NCBI RefSeq assembly: GCF_964355755.1
Contig: NC_092676.1
Location: 17,006,871-17,070,870 of the forward strand
DNA length: 64,000 nt
Direction: 5' to 3'
Origin: Antedon mediterranea
Taxonomy: Eukaryota; Animalia; Echinodermata
The notes below the pieces were generated by a model. It was not told where the DNA came from, did no database searches, and saw nothing but the letters and a program-made list of their open reading frames with translations. Made by a program: the position numbers and the translations under genes. Shown piece by piece: positions 12,731-24,715 of the stretch. Position 1 is the first letter of the stretch. Every line of letters starts with the position of its first letter.

Positions 12731-13997
12731 AAATCAACGTCACTCAGAAAATAAAGAGAACGAAGAAAGGAAAACCCTGCAAATATACAAACAAGCGTTA
12801 CATAATTTCAATAACAGTCAGTTTATAACTTCACTTTACCACTGTATTACCACTGTACTTAAACAAACACACTGTGTACAAACTGGTTATCATTAAGAAC
12901 AATACAATCAATTAAACGTCATTACAAATGATTAATACCTGAATCAACTTGAATGATGTATTTACTAACTAAGAACGAAAGATCGTACAGCAATCAACCA
13001 TTTCTCTATAAATTGAAGTAAAGATTTGAGAACATTATTTGCTTTATTTAAGTTGTATGCATGCAATTTAGTATAATAAATTAACAGGCAATGATCCGTC
13101 TATCATGTAATACAATTCTTTTTACTACTTACAAATGGTAACTTCAACAACGGCTTAATAATATATATATACAACACGGTAACAAAAATCACATCTTCCT
13201 GTGTTTGCAACAAAAGCTTTTCTGACGCGCAGACAGAAAAACCAGGTAGTTAACCAAAACATCACCTATATGCAAATGCGCCAAACACAATGCTCGCAAA
13301 ACAACTAGCAGCAAGACACTTATATGCAAATACGCAGAACGCACACGAACAACAACTGATCCATGACAATATCACGCGTCTCGACCCAACGTTGAACGAT
13401 TCGTACAAATTAGGGATACCGCCAGACAAGTGCGTACCTAGCTAATGTTTAGTAGTAAGTTAGATCGCTCAGTCGCTGGCAATAATGAATGCATAAAGGT
13501 GCATATTAGCCCTCTGACGTACTCTCACGGTCAATGGAACGTCGTGGTTTTCTAGGCGCTGAAGCTATATGAAGTGAACGCGAACGTTTTTTACTGTATA
13601 TTATATTCCCCAACAAAAAGTACCCGTGTTCCCCGACGGGGGGGCTAGGCTCCCCGACGAGGGGGCTAGAGCCCCCGTAGCCCCCCCCCCCCCCCCCCCG
13701 CTGGCGCCACCACTGGCAGCAGACCGTATTAAGCCTCCTGCTTATGATTCAATAGAAAATGAATGGATCCATGTTGTGTTGGTGTTCACAAAAAATTATT
13801 ACTTTGACATTTATATTAATGGAACTTGGAAGTCGCAATTCCCCTGCAGAACGCAATGCTCCTGGTTGTTCAGACAATATTGTTCTTGGAAATTTGTTTG
13901 GACTCATAGATGAAGTAATTATTTTAAGCACAGCACTGTCATCTGAAGAAGTGTTCAATTGGAATGAATAATAGTTCAGAATACTAGTGTGTACGAG

Positions 13998-14341
13998 ATA
14001 TCACACACACGATATTAACTCGTTGAAGACATTGAGAATGAGAGACGATTGAAGAGGAGATACTTACTATAGGAAAATCAAGGGATGTCATTATTTCGGT
14101 ATAGAATATACTTTGATGGTCGACAGGAATGCAGAAGTCCAGAAAAAAAATAAATAAACTCAACAGTTCTTTTCAGAACTACATACAAAGTATATTGAAA
14201 GAAACGTCGAGAAAACCTTTAAACATTATATTCTTTATTTTGTTCTGAATAAATTAAATCGAGTATATTCTATACCGAAATAATGACATCCTTTGATTTT
14301 CCTATAGTAAGTATCTCCTCTTAATATCGTGTGTGTGATAT
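13998..14341. repeat. Inverted duplication (hairpin) just 3' of LamG copy 1
   Basis: 14054-14112 pairs with 14262-14320 (58/59; the odd pair would be G-U in RNA). 13998-14018 pairs with 14321-14341 (21/21). Confidence 0.92.
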
Positions 14342-16436
14342 AAATAGTATTTTTGGTATTGCAGAGCCAAATAGAATGTTGCCAAGTATAGTATGGGTTT
14401 GTTTATTTGTTAACACGATAGCGCCTACATTTTCAAGATATTCTGAATATGTTGGTGTGAATATACTTACAAAACATGCCTTTATAAATTCAAGAAAATT
14501 AGTATTCTTTTAACATTGGCCGAAATAACATGCGCCCCGTAATTAACATTAGGCCTACAGCGACCCCATTCTTATATTCAACAATGTGACGTACATTGGT
14601 TGATTGATCACTTTATTTCAGAATAAAAATTCTATATACAAGAAATAATACAAAACGGAATATCACATCCGCTCATCACATCGCTTCGCTCGCTCCCCCT
14701 CTAGGAAGTGTAGACGATGGTTCTCGGAATGATAATATGACTCGGGTAAAAAGTTTTAGGAAATTCTGGCCTGGACGATTTCGATCGGTTACCATTATTT
14801 AAATGCTTTTGATATTCGTAAAACTAAACCTACTCACTAACCTGTTTCACAGTGTCTTAGATGATTAATAGCGTTTTACGTATAGTGTGAGGGGGGGGGG
14901 GGTTGGGGGGAGTGGCGATAATTATTTTAATTGATGTTTTATTAGGGAGGTGTTCCGGGCGTTTATTCAAATAAATACCATCCTAATTTGTATAATTAAT
15001 ACATTATTCCGCGACACAGTGAGCCGTTTTGGCTTAAGAAGGAAGACGTTTTAGACGGCTTGCAACATGGGCAGAAGTATCCCAGGGTCCTGACCGGACT
15101 CAGATAGCGTATAGTATATATACATAAAGTCCTGGCATCTTACTCAACAACTCGGCTATCGGGGTTTCATTCGATTTCAAACAAAAGCTCTTATCATCAA
15201 TTCGATGTAATTTTATATAATTATTTCCCACAATTTACTCCTATGTTTTATGAATATATTTAATTTGATCTTTATGTACTACACGCTCGGTCCGAAAATA
15301 AACAAAAAACCAAACGGCCAAGGTTACAACTCCCTGGTTGAAACCAACCATGCAGGGAACTTGCTAGGTGATCGACCGTGAACCCGGAAATTACTTACCA
15401 CGCGTAGAGTTAAAATTTACCGATTGAAATCAGAAAATTCTTATAAAACCCTTTATAATATCTTCCTAAGATAGAAATATGGAACAATAGCGTCGATGTG
15501 AAAACTAATGTTATCAAATCTACGTTTCGCGGTACATCTGAGATAGATAAGGTAGGTATCCAAGGCGGAGATTTGTACCGAAGTTTTTGCATTGTGCTCG
15601 CCTATGTCAGAATTAACCATAATTTATATATAGATAGTTTGTTTGGAAAATATGAACTTATACAGTGGTTGTATACCAGGTAATTGTTAGTGGACCTACT
15701 ATAAAAACAAACTATGTATCGAAATACTCCAACTAAATAAACGACAATTGTTCATTTTTTTTTTTTTTTTGTCTTGTGTGGGGTCTTCCCACTTTTATTA
15801 TAATTCTCAGATTTATATGTATATATATTATATATAAAATAAAGGTACATTGTAGCAATTAATTATTTGTATGAATATTTCTATTTCTGTTGTATATTAC
15901 TAAGATTGTTACAAGTTAACAAGTAGTTAAAAAGTAGGCATATTTACATAAAAAGATGATTAATTTCAATATAATAACCATGCTTTCATTTACAATTTTA
16001 AAAAGATGTTAATTAAAATATAAAGATAAAAGATGGTAATAAAAGTCTATGAACTGTCATTAAAAACGTACTTATAAAATCTTGTTCATGTTCTGGTAGA
16101 GAGGCTATAAACTCAGAGGAGGAATATAAAATATCCTCCCTTTTCACCAAGACAAAAAGGATGAGATGAAAAAAGAGGAATGCAAAAGTTTGAAAACTAG
16201 ATAAGGATGATAGAGTGGAATGAAATATTTAAATGAAAACCGTAAGGTTAGAGTCCATACACCGTGCAAGTCCAAGATGCCATTTTGGCTCTGTGTGTAT
16301 GTGAGACGCTTCATACCCGATGACATCTTATTATAATACTACTTCTACTTCTGTATACAATTTGTAATTGGGAAATAAACAAAACATATTGCATTTTAGA
16401 AAACATGAAAAAAAAAACACTTCATACAGACTATAT

Positions 16437-19400
16437 TCATGCTATCAATTGTAACAGAGTTTCCTTTTTTGCACCCCATTTACGTTGTGCCTTAATGAAG
16501 TTACACATATGTTCATTTTCTATTAGATTTTTAACTTCAGCAGTGAAAAGAATCCAGATCTTTTTTTTATCATCTTTATCTTTTCTTCCACCATTGGATA
16601 TTATGTGTACCTTGTATATACAGAATAAAAACATAGAAATCAATTCATTTACAATATTGTTTTTTGTTCCTGTAACAATTTTAAACCATGTAATATTATC
16701 TTCAGCTGGAAAGCAATTAGCCAGCACACCTTTAAATTTGTGCCATGTCCATTGAATGGCATTGCATTCAAACAGCATGTGCTGTTCACTTTCTATCTGA
16801 TTTATACAATTGTCACATAAATTATTTTCTGCCAAATTCCATAATTTTAATCTTTTTTTACACGGTAATATTCGATGTAAGAGTTTAAAGTTGAATTGAG
16901 CAACTTTAACTATATGTTTCATCTTGTATACCTTATAATACCATACTTTATTCCAATCTATTTCTACGTTATTTAGCTCACATTCCCATTTTCTTTGTGA
17001 ACCTGGTTCAGTGGAACGTTTGTTTATAAAATATTTATAGTAGATAGATCCTTTAATGTTCTTATGCAACAATGAGTCATTATTACCTACATCTTGATTA
17101 TTTGTATTGTCTTTTCTAATAATTTCTTTCCACCCATTTGGTATGGCATTCATAAGCTGTAAATATTCGATTAAACCATTATGTTTTTTATACAAATTTG
17201 AGATTATTTCACCTGCGGTACATACTCTATCATTTATAAATATGTCACCAATTACTTTATAATCAGAATATAACCATGATTTGAAGTACAATGATTTATT
17301 GTTAGATAGTATAAACTTATTTTCCCATAGTTGTTGATTTTTTATTTCTATTAAAGTTGTTGGTTCTGAATACACAATATTATTAAATTTTACAACAGCA
17401 TTAATCATGTTCTTGTAGAATGTAGGCATATCTCTCAAGTTAGCATGATCATGTACATTAAGTTTAGTACTTTTTATTGTATATTCAATTGGGTGAAGGA
17501 AATATTTTGGTATGCATTTCCATTTACCTGGATCTGGACTTAACAGTCGCTTGACCCAATTCAGTTTAAGTGATTCAACCACAGAGCTAATATCTGGCAT
17601 GTTTAAACCACCTTCCTTAATATTTTTAATTAAGGTTATTCTCTTTATCTTTTCCCTTCTGGTTCCCCATAGGAACGTATATAATACGTTTTGTTTTTAA
17701 TTCTATTTGTTTAACTATATCTTTGGGAACATCAATTATACTTGCGTTATATATAAACTTAGACAATGCAAGTGTTTTAATAATAGTTATTTTACCAAAA
17801 AAGGTAAGATTCCTTCTTTTCCATAAATTTAATACGTTTTCTAGGTTGGTAATTTTTTTGTCCCAGTTTCTCTTTTCACATAAATGCTTATTGTAACCTA
17901 TATGGATTCCTAAAAATTTAACAGGTTCACTAGTCCATGTAATATCTAATGGTTTTGAAACACTATTTTCGTTTACACCAATCCACATACCATTTGTCTT
18001 TTTTCTATTTAATGTTAACCCTGAAACACTACAAAAAGACTCAATCTCATTAAAGAAATATTTTAAACTACCTTCGTCATGTGAAAAAATTACGGTGTCA
18101 TCCGCTAATTGAGCAATTTTAACGATATTATCATCATCGTCATTGCTATTAGGTAACGTAATTCCTATACATTTAGAATTATTTCTGATATTTACTGCCA
18201 TTATTTCTGATACCAGAATAAATAGCAAAGCAGATAATGGGCAGCCTTGCCTCACACCACACTCCATTTTAAACTTTTCTGACAACCATCCGTTGTTTAC
18301 TATGACACATTCTGTTTCTTTATACATAACCTTTATCCATTTGATAAATGAATTTCCAAAACCAAAGAGTTTTAAAACCTTAAACAGCAGTATTCTGTCT
18401 ATTGAGTCGAAAGCTTTCGCATAATCAAGAAAAACAATAGCACCTGTCATACTTTTTGCTTTTGTGTAGTCTAGTATGTCGTTTACCAGTCTTACATTTT
18501 CTCCTCCAAACCTTTTCTTAATATAACCTTTTTGATCTTCATTTATAATGGAACCTATAACGTTGTGTAACCTATTAGCTAGAATGTGAGCCAATATTTT
18601 ATAATCCACATTAAGTAGTGTTATTGGTCTCCAATTGTTTAGGTTTTCCCTCTGTCCATTTTTGTATAAAAGATTAATAATACCTCTTCTTTGTGTTGTT
18701 GATAACATGCCTTTAACAAAGCTATAATTCAATGAATCACACAATAAATATTTTACATTCTCCCAAAATGTACGATAAAATTCTACACTTAATCCATCAA
18801 TACCAGGACTCTTATTTATTTTCATTTTAAAAATCGTTTTTGTGCATTCTTCGACTGTTACAAGACCTTCACATTTTATTACATCTTCCTCTAACAACGT
18901 TTTTAATTTTGTGTGCTTTAGATATTTGTTCATATCGTTTAGAGGTATTTCTTTATTAGAGTATATGTTTTTATAAAATAGAACTTCTTCTTTCAGAATT
19001 TCATCATTGTTAGATGTATATTTTCCATTACTTTTTAAAACAGATTTAATGTGTTTTCTTTTAGCATTATTCTTTTCTAACCCTAAGAAGAATTTATTAT
19101 TTTTTTCTCCTTTTTCAAACCAATCAATTCTGGATCTGACAATTGCACCTTTTGCTTCAACTAAATATATGCTCTCTAAGTTATCCCTTTTTGTAATTAA
19201 TTGTTTTTCGATTCTTTCATCGTATACTTGATTAAGCTTTTGTGTAAGCTCGTTGACTTCTTTTATTAAGCTTACTTTATCCAAATTTCTTTCCATTTTC
19301 TTTTTTTTACAAAATTTTACAGAACATTCTTTTATTTTTACTTTAAGTAATTCCCAGAGCACGTCTGGTCTCAGATTGTTTTCATTTTTTTTTGTATTTT

Positions 19401-20247
19401 CAATTATTCCTTTTATTTTTCGGACGTATTCTTTATCGTTTAGGATACTATTGTTGATTTTCCATACTCCTGGACCTCTTTTTTCTTGATGTTGATCATT
19501 GGATATTTTTAGTGATATGGCCTGATGATCTGAGCATATCGAAGGTCTAATGTCTGTAGACAAAACATCACCATTTTTATTGAGGGAACTCGATATGCAC
19601 CAAAAATCGAGTCTTCTATATGTATCTGTCCTTCTCCATGTAAACTGTGTTTTATTTTTATTGTTATGTCTCCATATATCGATTAAGTTATGTTTAGTCA
19701 TACATTTTTTTAAAGCAGACGGTGAACTGTCATATAGATTTACACTATTTTTCTGATCCAATTTTCTATCTAAGATACAATTCATATCTCCTCCAATAAT
19801 TATAAATTCGTCATTGGTAATACTTAAGTTATCAATCTTTCTTTCTAATTTATTAAAAAAGAGATACCTTTCTTTGTAATTGTTGGGTGCATATATGTTA
19901 AAGAAGTAAAACATTTTATCATTATATTTTACTCTAAGGATGATCAGTCTACCCTCATCATCACTATATTTGCACTCAATATCGTTGGGATCAAACCCTG
20001 ATTTAAAAAATATTGAGACGCCTCTACTTTTCGTCGTTCCAAAACTATGATACGATGCGCCTTTCCACAACGTCTTATTATAGTTTACAACATTTTTATC
20101 AAGATGCGTTTCTTGTAGAAAAACAATGTCGAACTTTTGGTCATCTAACCAATTGAATATCTTCTTCCTTTTATACTTTTCTCTAATACCTCTAACATTT
20201 AGAGATATTAAATGTAGAGAATTATTTATATTTTTTTGTTTTTTCAT
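16437..20247 (-). CDS. Tx1 ORF2 (APE endonuclease, RT, C-terminal zinc finger) with a single frameshift near 17695
   Basis: EN: SLNVRG, FLQETH, GGDMN, RLDFW, SDH. RT: NWRPITLLNVDYK, LDYAKAFD, GVRQGCPLS, LADD. After the shift it continues NVLYTFLWGTRREKIKR...EGGLNMPD into ORF 16437-17600, which has CDNC...ESEQHMLFEC. Confidence 0.92.
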
Positions 20248-20465
20248 TCAATATATATGCATATATACAGAATACCTCCTTATATACCCATTGGATGACC
20301 AAACACATATAATACAAAAAATTAACAAACACGCATGTGTTTCTTTCGATATTTTTGTTAAACACCATCATTTTTTTGGGTTTTTTAAAATTATTTAATA
20401 AATTAAAAATGTTAAAGTTAAAACAATGTCAACCATATAGTATCAGTAGAACCAGACAAGCAATT

Positions 20466-21659
20466 TTAACTTACAGAGTCGGATTTCTTGTCCTTTTTTT
20501 CTGCGTTTTTTTCTCCACTTTCAGTGAGTTTCTTTCTTTTTCCTGCTGCAAAGTTCTCTCTTGCTGTGGTAGCTTGATCTTTAGTACCGGTACTTGCCGG
20601 CTCAGCGTTACTAGCAATTGCAAAATCAGTGATCGGCCTCAAACCCTTCTTGTTACTACTAATCTTGTCGGTGATTTTATTCAATTGTTCAACGTTGTTT
20701 GATTTTTTTTTCTTTTGTTTCTTTTTTTCGTTCTTGGTTACTTGATGCTCTTTCGTTTCCGTTGATTTGTTACCTTCATCTAATTCGATATAATCTGAGA
20801 TGTTTTTTGGTTTGTCTGGTTTGCTTAAAAGTTCTTCTAGGTCTGATTCATTCTGCTCCCTTGCTTCTTGAACATTTTCAATATCCGCTTCTTCATCTTG
20901 TTCTATGTCTTGTTTCTTTTCATTTATTTCTTGCGTATTACTTTCTTCATAATCAACATTGCCATTAATTTGATAAGAGTCTGTTGTATTAGCAACATTA
21001 TTACAATGCTTTGCCATGTGACCAGGTTTACGGCATATGTGGCAGATTGTATTTTCCATCTTTTTGGGGCACTCATATATTTTGTGCCCTACAAGACCAC
21101 ACTGAAAGCATGTTACTTCAATCTGTTGGTTGCTGTGGAAAAGCCTAGCATTGAAGCTGTTGATCTTAAGAAATCTCGGCAAGCTTCCTTTAAATCGTTC
21201 TACAAATACTGCTCGGTCCCCATTCAAGAAGCGGGATAATTTGCCATTTATTCTGAATTTTACTAGTTGTATCTCTCCAATGATCTTGCATCCGATTTTT
21301 TTTAACGAGTCGGTTATTTCTTCGTTTCTAACAGACAGTGGTATGTCTTTGACCAGTACTCTTACAGAATTTTCATCTCTATTTATGTATGGGTTCAAGT
21401 CGTAGACAGGTACTTGCTTTCCTTTAATGTTAAGGCCTGCAGTTATTACTTTAACTCTTTCATTATGGTCGTTTATATATATTCGCCATAGGTTTTTCAC
21501 TTTTTGTGCTCCGATAAGGTTATCACAGTTCATCACTTTTAATAAGGCAAAGTAGATATCTTCTTCTTTCAGATATTCATCTTCCTTTTTCCGAATGTCA
21601 TCATCTTTTACAAATACTGGTTTAACCCGTTGTATGTTAGGTTGAGTTGATGTCTCCAT
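20466..21659 (-). CDS. Tx1 ORF1 nucleic-acid-binding protein with two CCHC zinc knuckles
   Basis: CFQCGLVGHKIYEC and CHICRKPGHMAKHC; the VLVKDIPL and NGDRAVF blocks are typical of Tx1-type ORF1. Confidence 0.9.
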   Translation of the reverse strand: METSTQPNIQRVKPVFVKDDDIRKKEDEYLKEEDIYFALLKVMNCDNLIGAQKVKNLWRIYINDHNERVKVITAGLNIKGKQVPVYDLNPYINRDENSVRVLVKDIPLSVRNEEITDSLKKIGCKIIGEIQLVKFRINGKLSRFLNGDRAVFVERFKGSLPRFLKINSFNARLFHSNQQIEVTCFQCGLVGHKIYECPKKMENTICHICRKPGHMAKHCNNVANTTDSYQINGNVDYEESNTQEINEKKQDIEQDEEADIENVQEAREQNESDLEELLSKPDKPKNISDYIELDEGNKSTETKEHQVTKNEKKKQKKKKSNNVEQLNKITDKISSNKKGLRPITDFAIASNAEPASTGTKDQATTARENFAAGKRKKLTESGEKNAEKKDKKSDSVS

Positions 21660-23385
21660 AGCAACAGACGTTTTTCTTGAACAATGGATGCTTACTAGAG
21701 CGTGAAGCGTGCGTACAAAGGATAGCTAGGCCTTGTTGCTAGAGTGGTTGTCAAGATAAACAATAGCCTTACCCTTGTTTTCTTCGCTGTAGTATTGGCG
21801 GTACAATCAAAACGTAGTCGTGTTCGGGCCTGTACAAATTTACTGCTCAAATAACGTTAAAGAATATCCAAATGTAAAATTTCAAGCTGATATAAGATCT
21901 CCTTCAAATGAGTGATTAGATGTTAGATATACCGTATTTTGATTTCAATCTTACGTTTAGTATTTTTAGATTTTTGAACGTTGGTTTTCTTTAAGTACTT
22001 GTACTTTAAAACGCCACCATCGATCATTGTTCATGATTTATGTTCTCAAATAAAATTAAACATTTGAAGAGTTCTGGTATCTTTTCTTGTACTAAAGTTA
22101 ACATGTTCAATATTATAATAAGAGAATTTTTCTATTTTCGTTTTATGTCAAATATTCATTTGCGTAAATCGTATTTGTGATCAAAAAGTCAATATATGGC
22201 ACACATGGCGTATCATAAAGAATTACAATACACGCACAACTTAGCCAGTCTAACAACGAACTTTCACGATGGGAATATCATTCTATATAATATTATTACG
22301 CCATGAAACCACGCATAAAGCTCTATCTACACTATCAAACTAGTTTGACCAAAAAAAAGAGTGTTGTATGTCCAAATATGGTAGTGACATCATCACTTTT
22401 TTTGTCACATAAAACTTGATAGTGTAGACAGAACAAAATCATTTTTAAATTGTCTTTTTATACGGTATAAAAATGTTATATTGCCATGTATCAGTTTCCA
22501 ATTTTGATCCATTAAATTGTTATTTTGACTAAAATGTTCTTCACTGATAATTACTGTTATGGTTTTAAAATAAATCTTTCACATAACGAAGCACTTAAAT
22601 GTAGTCTTAATTGCAGGTTTAATCTCAACACATAGAAACCTATGAGATTGTAATTATATATACTCTATCATTCTCTATTATTTCATTTAGCTGAATAGAA
22701 AGAAAGAATGAATAGAAAAGGTAACAAAATGCAATGTTATTTCCGAGCATATAAACCGTACCACTAAGCAATGTCTGAAATATAACAAGTAACTTATTTT
22801 ACTTGGCTTGGCAGCATGATGGTCGTAAACTAAAAGTGTGAAAACAAAAGTTTAAAACTCCCTCATTATAGGCCACCATTCATTTTCTATGCTTAAATTC
22901 CAAAATAGGGCACAGCATTACACAACTATTATACAGAACTTTTCAACAAGCATGGTAATTAAGAATTATTAATTTACTTGTCAGCATGATGGACGTACCG
23001 TTTAATTAAAATTGATGTGATCTGTCATGGTGAAATTTGTTTTTAATGTTGTGGTCTCTTTGAACAAATGGATAGAAAAGAACATTAAACTTAGTTATTG
23101 AGAACTCTCTTATTGTACTACTATCAATGCTTATGACAAATACGAAAACAGGGCGAAGAAATACAACACCGATAAAGCACTTTAAAGCGAAGTAAGTTTA
23201 TCATACAATTAGAATGATTGATGGATGATTAATTGCATTTTTCAGTGTTATCTGTCATTGTAAATAATGTTATATTGAAGTCTATTGAACGAGTTACATT
23301 TTAATTTAGACCACTGACAATGTTATATTCATTACTTTTCTCTTCAACCCTTGTAAATGTTACGCATTGTGGGTATTATCATCTC

Positions 23386-23425
23386 TATAAAGACGTCATC
23401 GTGAGTATAACAGGATAATCAAGGT
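23386..23425 (+). promoter_or_regulatory. Possible TATA box and short non-coding first exon of the LamG gene
   Basis: TATAAA at 23386 is followed by gacgtca and a donor-like aag|gtaaag at 23424. Motif evidence only. Confidence 0.3.
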
Positions 23426-23619
23426 AAAGATACAGTCCACACGAATTATTTGGTAACGTGAATATTTATTTCAGACTAATCGAATGATGAATCTGTATTG
23501 TTTTGTTCTTGATAGCAACATTTTCCACGTTTTACTAGTATAGTGTAGGTGTTTCTTTTACAACATTGCCTCAACTGATATTAATTATGTTAACGTATAT
23601 TTTTTTCTTATAGGTAAAT

Positions 23620-24384
23620 ATGAAGTTCCAATGTATATTGTTGGTTGTGTTAATGGTCAACTGTATTCATCTTGGCCACTGTAATTGTGGTATTAAAAAT
23701 ACAGAAGAGACTTCTCGGCAGTCAGGCGGAAAATTTGTCAAAAAGTGCGTCAATTATAATAATAAAAATAAAAAACCGAAGACGGTTTTTCGTTTCAATA
23801 AAAAACATCTAATGGTGCACTATGGATTTGAAAATAATTCAAATGATGCGTCCGGAAATAATATACATCTCCATGTCGCAGGTTCTACCTCCTACTCAAA
23901 AGGAGTTGTTGGAAATGCACTCCGATTTGATGGTTATAACTACGCTGTCACCTTCGCATTATCGAGTTTCCCTTGCGATTTTGGAATAGGTTTCACTATT
24001 AGTTTATGGTTTAAAGATGAAAGTTCAGTGCAAAGCAGACATAGTCGCATAGTTATTTTCAATACATATCTTGGCGATTTTCTGGGGATAGATGTCACGG
24101 ACAATAATTTTGTTATGAGCCAAGATATGCCTGGCTACGATTATGAAAGTATTATTGTTTCAATAGGAAATGAATGGATCCATGTTGTGTTGGTGTTCAA
24201 CAACAATTCTTATGAAGTTTATATTAATGGAACCTGGAGGTCGCAATTCCCTTGCAGAACGCAATGCTCCATTAGTTGTTCAGCCTATATTACGTTTGGA
24301 AACACGTTACATGGATTTATAGATGAAGTAATTATTTTAAACACAACATTGTCATCTGAAGAAGTGTCAAATTTGATAGAATAA
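23620..24384 (+). CDS. Secreted LamG/concanavalin-A-like jellyroll protein (Laminin_G_3-type), intact copy, single coding exon, 254 aa
   Basis: Hydrophobic signal peptide. Motifs HYGFENNSNDASGN, GVVGNALRFDG, FTISLWFK, EWIHVVLVF, VYING and GFIDEVII. A splice acceptor ttcttatag ends at 23613, just before the ATG. Confidence 0.85.
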   Translation: MKFQCILLVVLMVNCIHLGHCNCGIKNTEETSRQSGGKFVKKCVNYNNKNKKPKTVFRFNKKHLMVHYGFENNSNDASGNNIHLHVAGSTSYSKGVVGNALRFDGYNYAVTFALSSFPCDFGIGFTISLWFKDESSVQSRHSRIVIFNTYLGDFLGIDVTDNNFVMSQDMPGYDYESIIVSIGNEWIHVVLVFNNNSYEVYINGTWRSQFPCRTQCSISCSAYITFGNTLHGFIDEVIILNTTLSSEEVSNLIE

Positions 24385-24715
24385 TGGTTCAGAAATACGT
24401 GATATATCACACACACGATATTAACTCATTGAAGACTTTGAGAATGAGAGACGATTGAAGAGGAGATGATTACTAGAAAAACTTGGGGATGTCATAATTT
24501 CGGCATAGAATATCCTCGATTTAATTTTAATTAAGAACAAAATAAAAATATACTGTTTGAAGGTTTTGTCGACTTTTCGATCAATAAACTTCGATCGTCC
24601 GTCGTAATTAGTGAGAATGCAGAAACGCCACGAGAACGTTGATAAACACAACAGTTCTTTTCAGAACTACATAGTAAAAAAGAGGAATTGTTGGAAATTC
24701 TCTCCAATTGGATGG

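Larger units (their letters stand above)
6704..13368 (-). mobile_element. Non-autonomous Ty3/Gypsy LTR retrotransposon (gag and protease only)
   Basis: LTRs TGTCGTGG...CCATGACA at 6704-8594 and 11494-13368; each is 790 bp after removing its nested insert. 4-bp TSD ATAT (6700-6703 and 13369-13372). Minus-strand PBS TGGCGTCACGGACAGGAT (11473-11490, tRNA-Ser type). PPT AAGCGGGGAACA next to 8594. Confidence 0.95.
6300..13632 (+). repeat. ~333-bp direct duplication inside the outer transposon; the second copy is split by the LTR element
   Basis: Copy 1 runs 6300-6628 (gtaaccgtcggtaaacttcgcc...aaagtacccgtgtt). Copy 2 is 6633-6703 plus 13373-13632. Copy 1 shows the uninterrupted target ...atat|cacgcgtc. 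Confidence 0.85.
5409..13715. mobile_element. Non-autonomous TIR DNA transposon (hAT-like CAG termini), outer shell of the nest; about 1.6 kb once nested inserts are removed
   Basis: TIRs CAGGGGTGGCGCCA (5409) and TGGCGCCACCACTG (13702-13715), 13/14 match. Subterminal cccgacgaggggggcta-type motifs at both ends. GCAGCAG is duplicated on the flanks (5397-5403 and 13716-13722). No transposase ORF. Confidence 0.82.
4856..13971 (+). pseudogene. Secreted LamG/ConA-like (Laminin_G_3-type) gene, copy 1, disrupted
   Basis: The 5' half (4856-5403) and 3' half (13723-13971) are paralogous to 23620-24384. Joined, they read ...TLQNYAA|DRIKPPAYDSIENEWIHVVLVF.... There is a +1 A frameshift near 5279 (tttaaaagatg vs tttaaagatg), a second frameshift near 13862, and an 8.3-kb insertion. 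Confidence 0.9.
15756..22025 (-). mobile_element. Full-length L1/Tx1-clade non-LTR retrotransposon
   Basis: ORF1 and ORF2 on the minus strand. AATAAA and a poly(A) tail (T run to 15770 on the plus strand). TSD ATTGTTCAT (15747-15755 and 22026-22034). The empty site is confirmed by the paralogous segment near 26520. Confidence 0.93.
15630..23320 (+). repeat. Segmental duplication copy A (15630-15755 plus 22035-23320, split by Tx1); paralogous to 26410-28177
   Basis: Collinear blocks include aaatatgaacttatac, tttatgttctcaaata, ttacttggcttggcagcatgatggtcgtaaactaaaag and ttaatttagaccactgacaa. Confidence 0.85.

Noticed and set aside
14560-15420. Mixed-composition stretch with repeat-like fragments
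   Set aside because: No paired termini, TSD or coding motif could be established.
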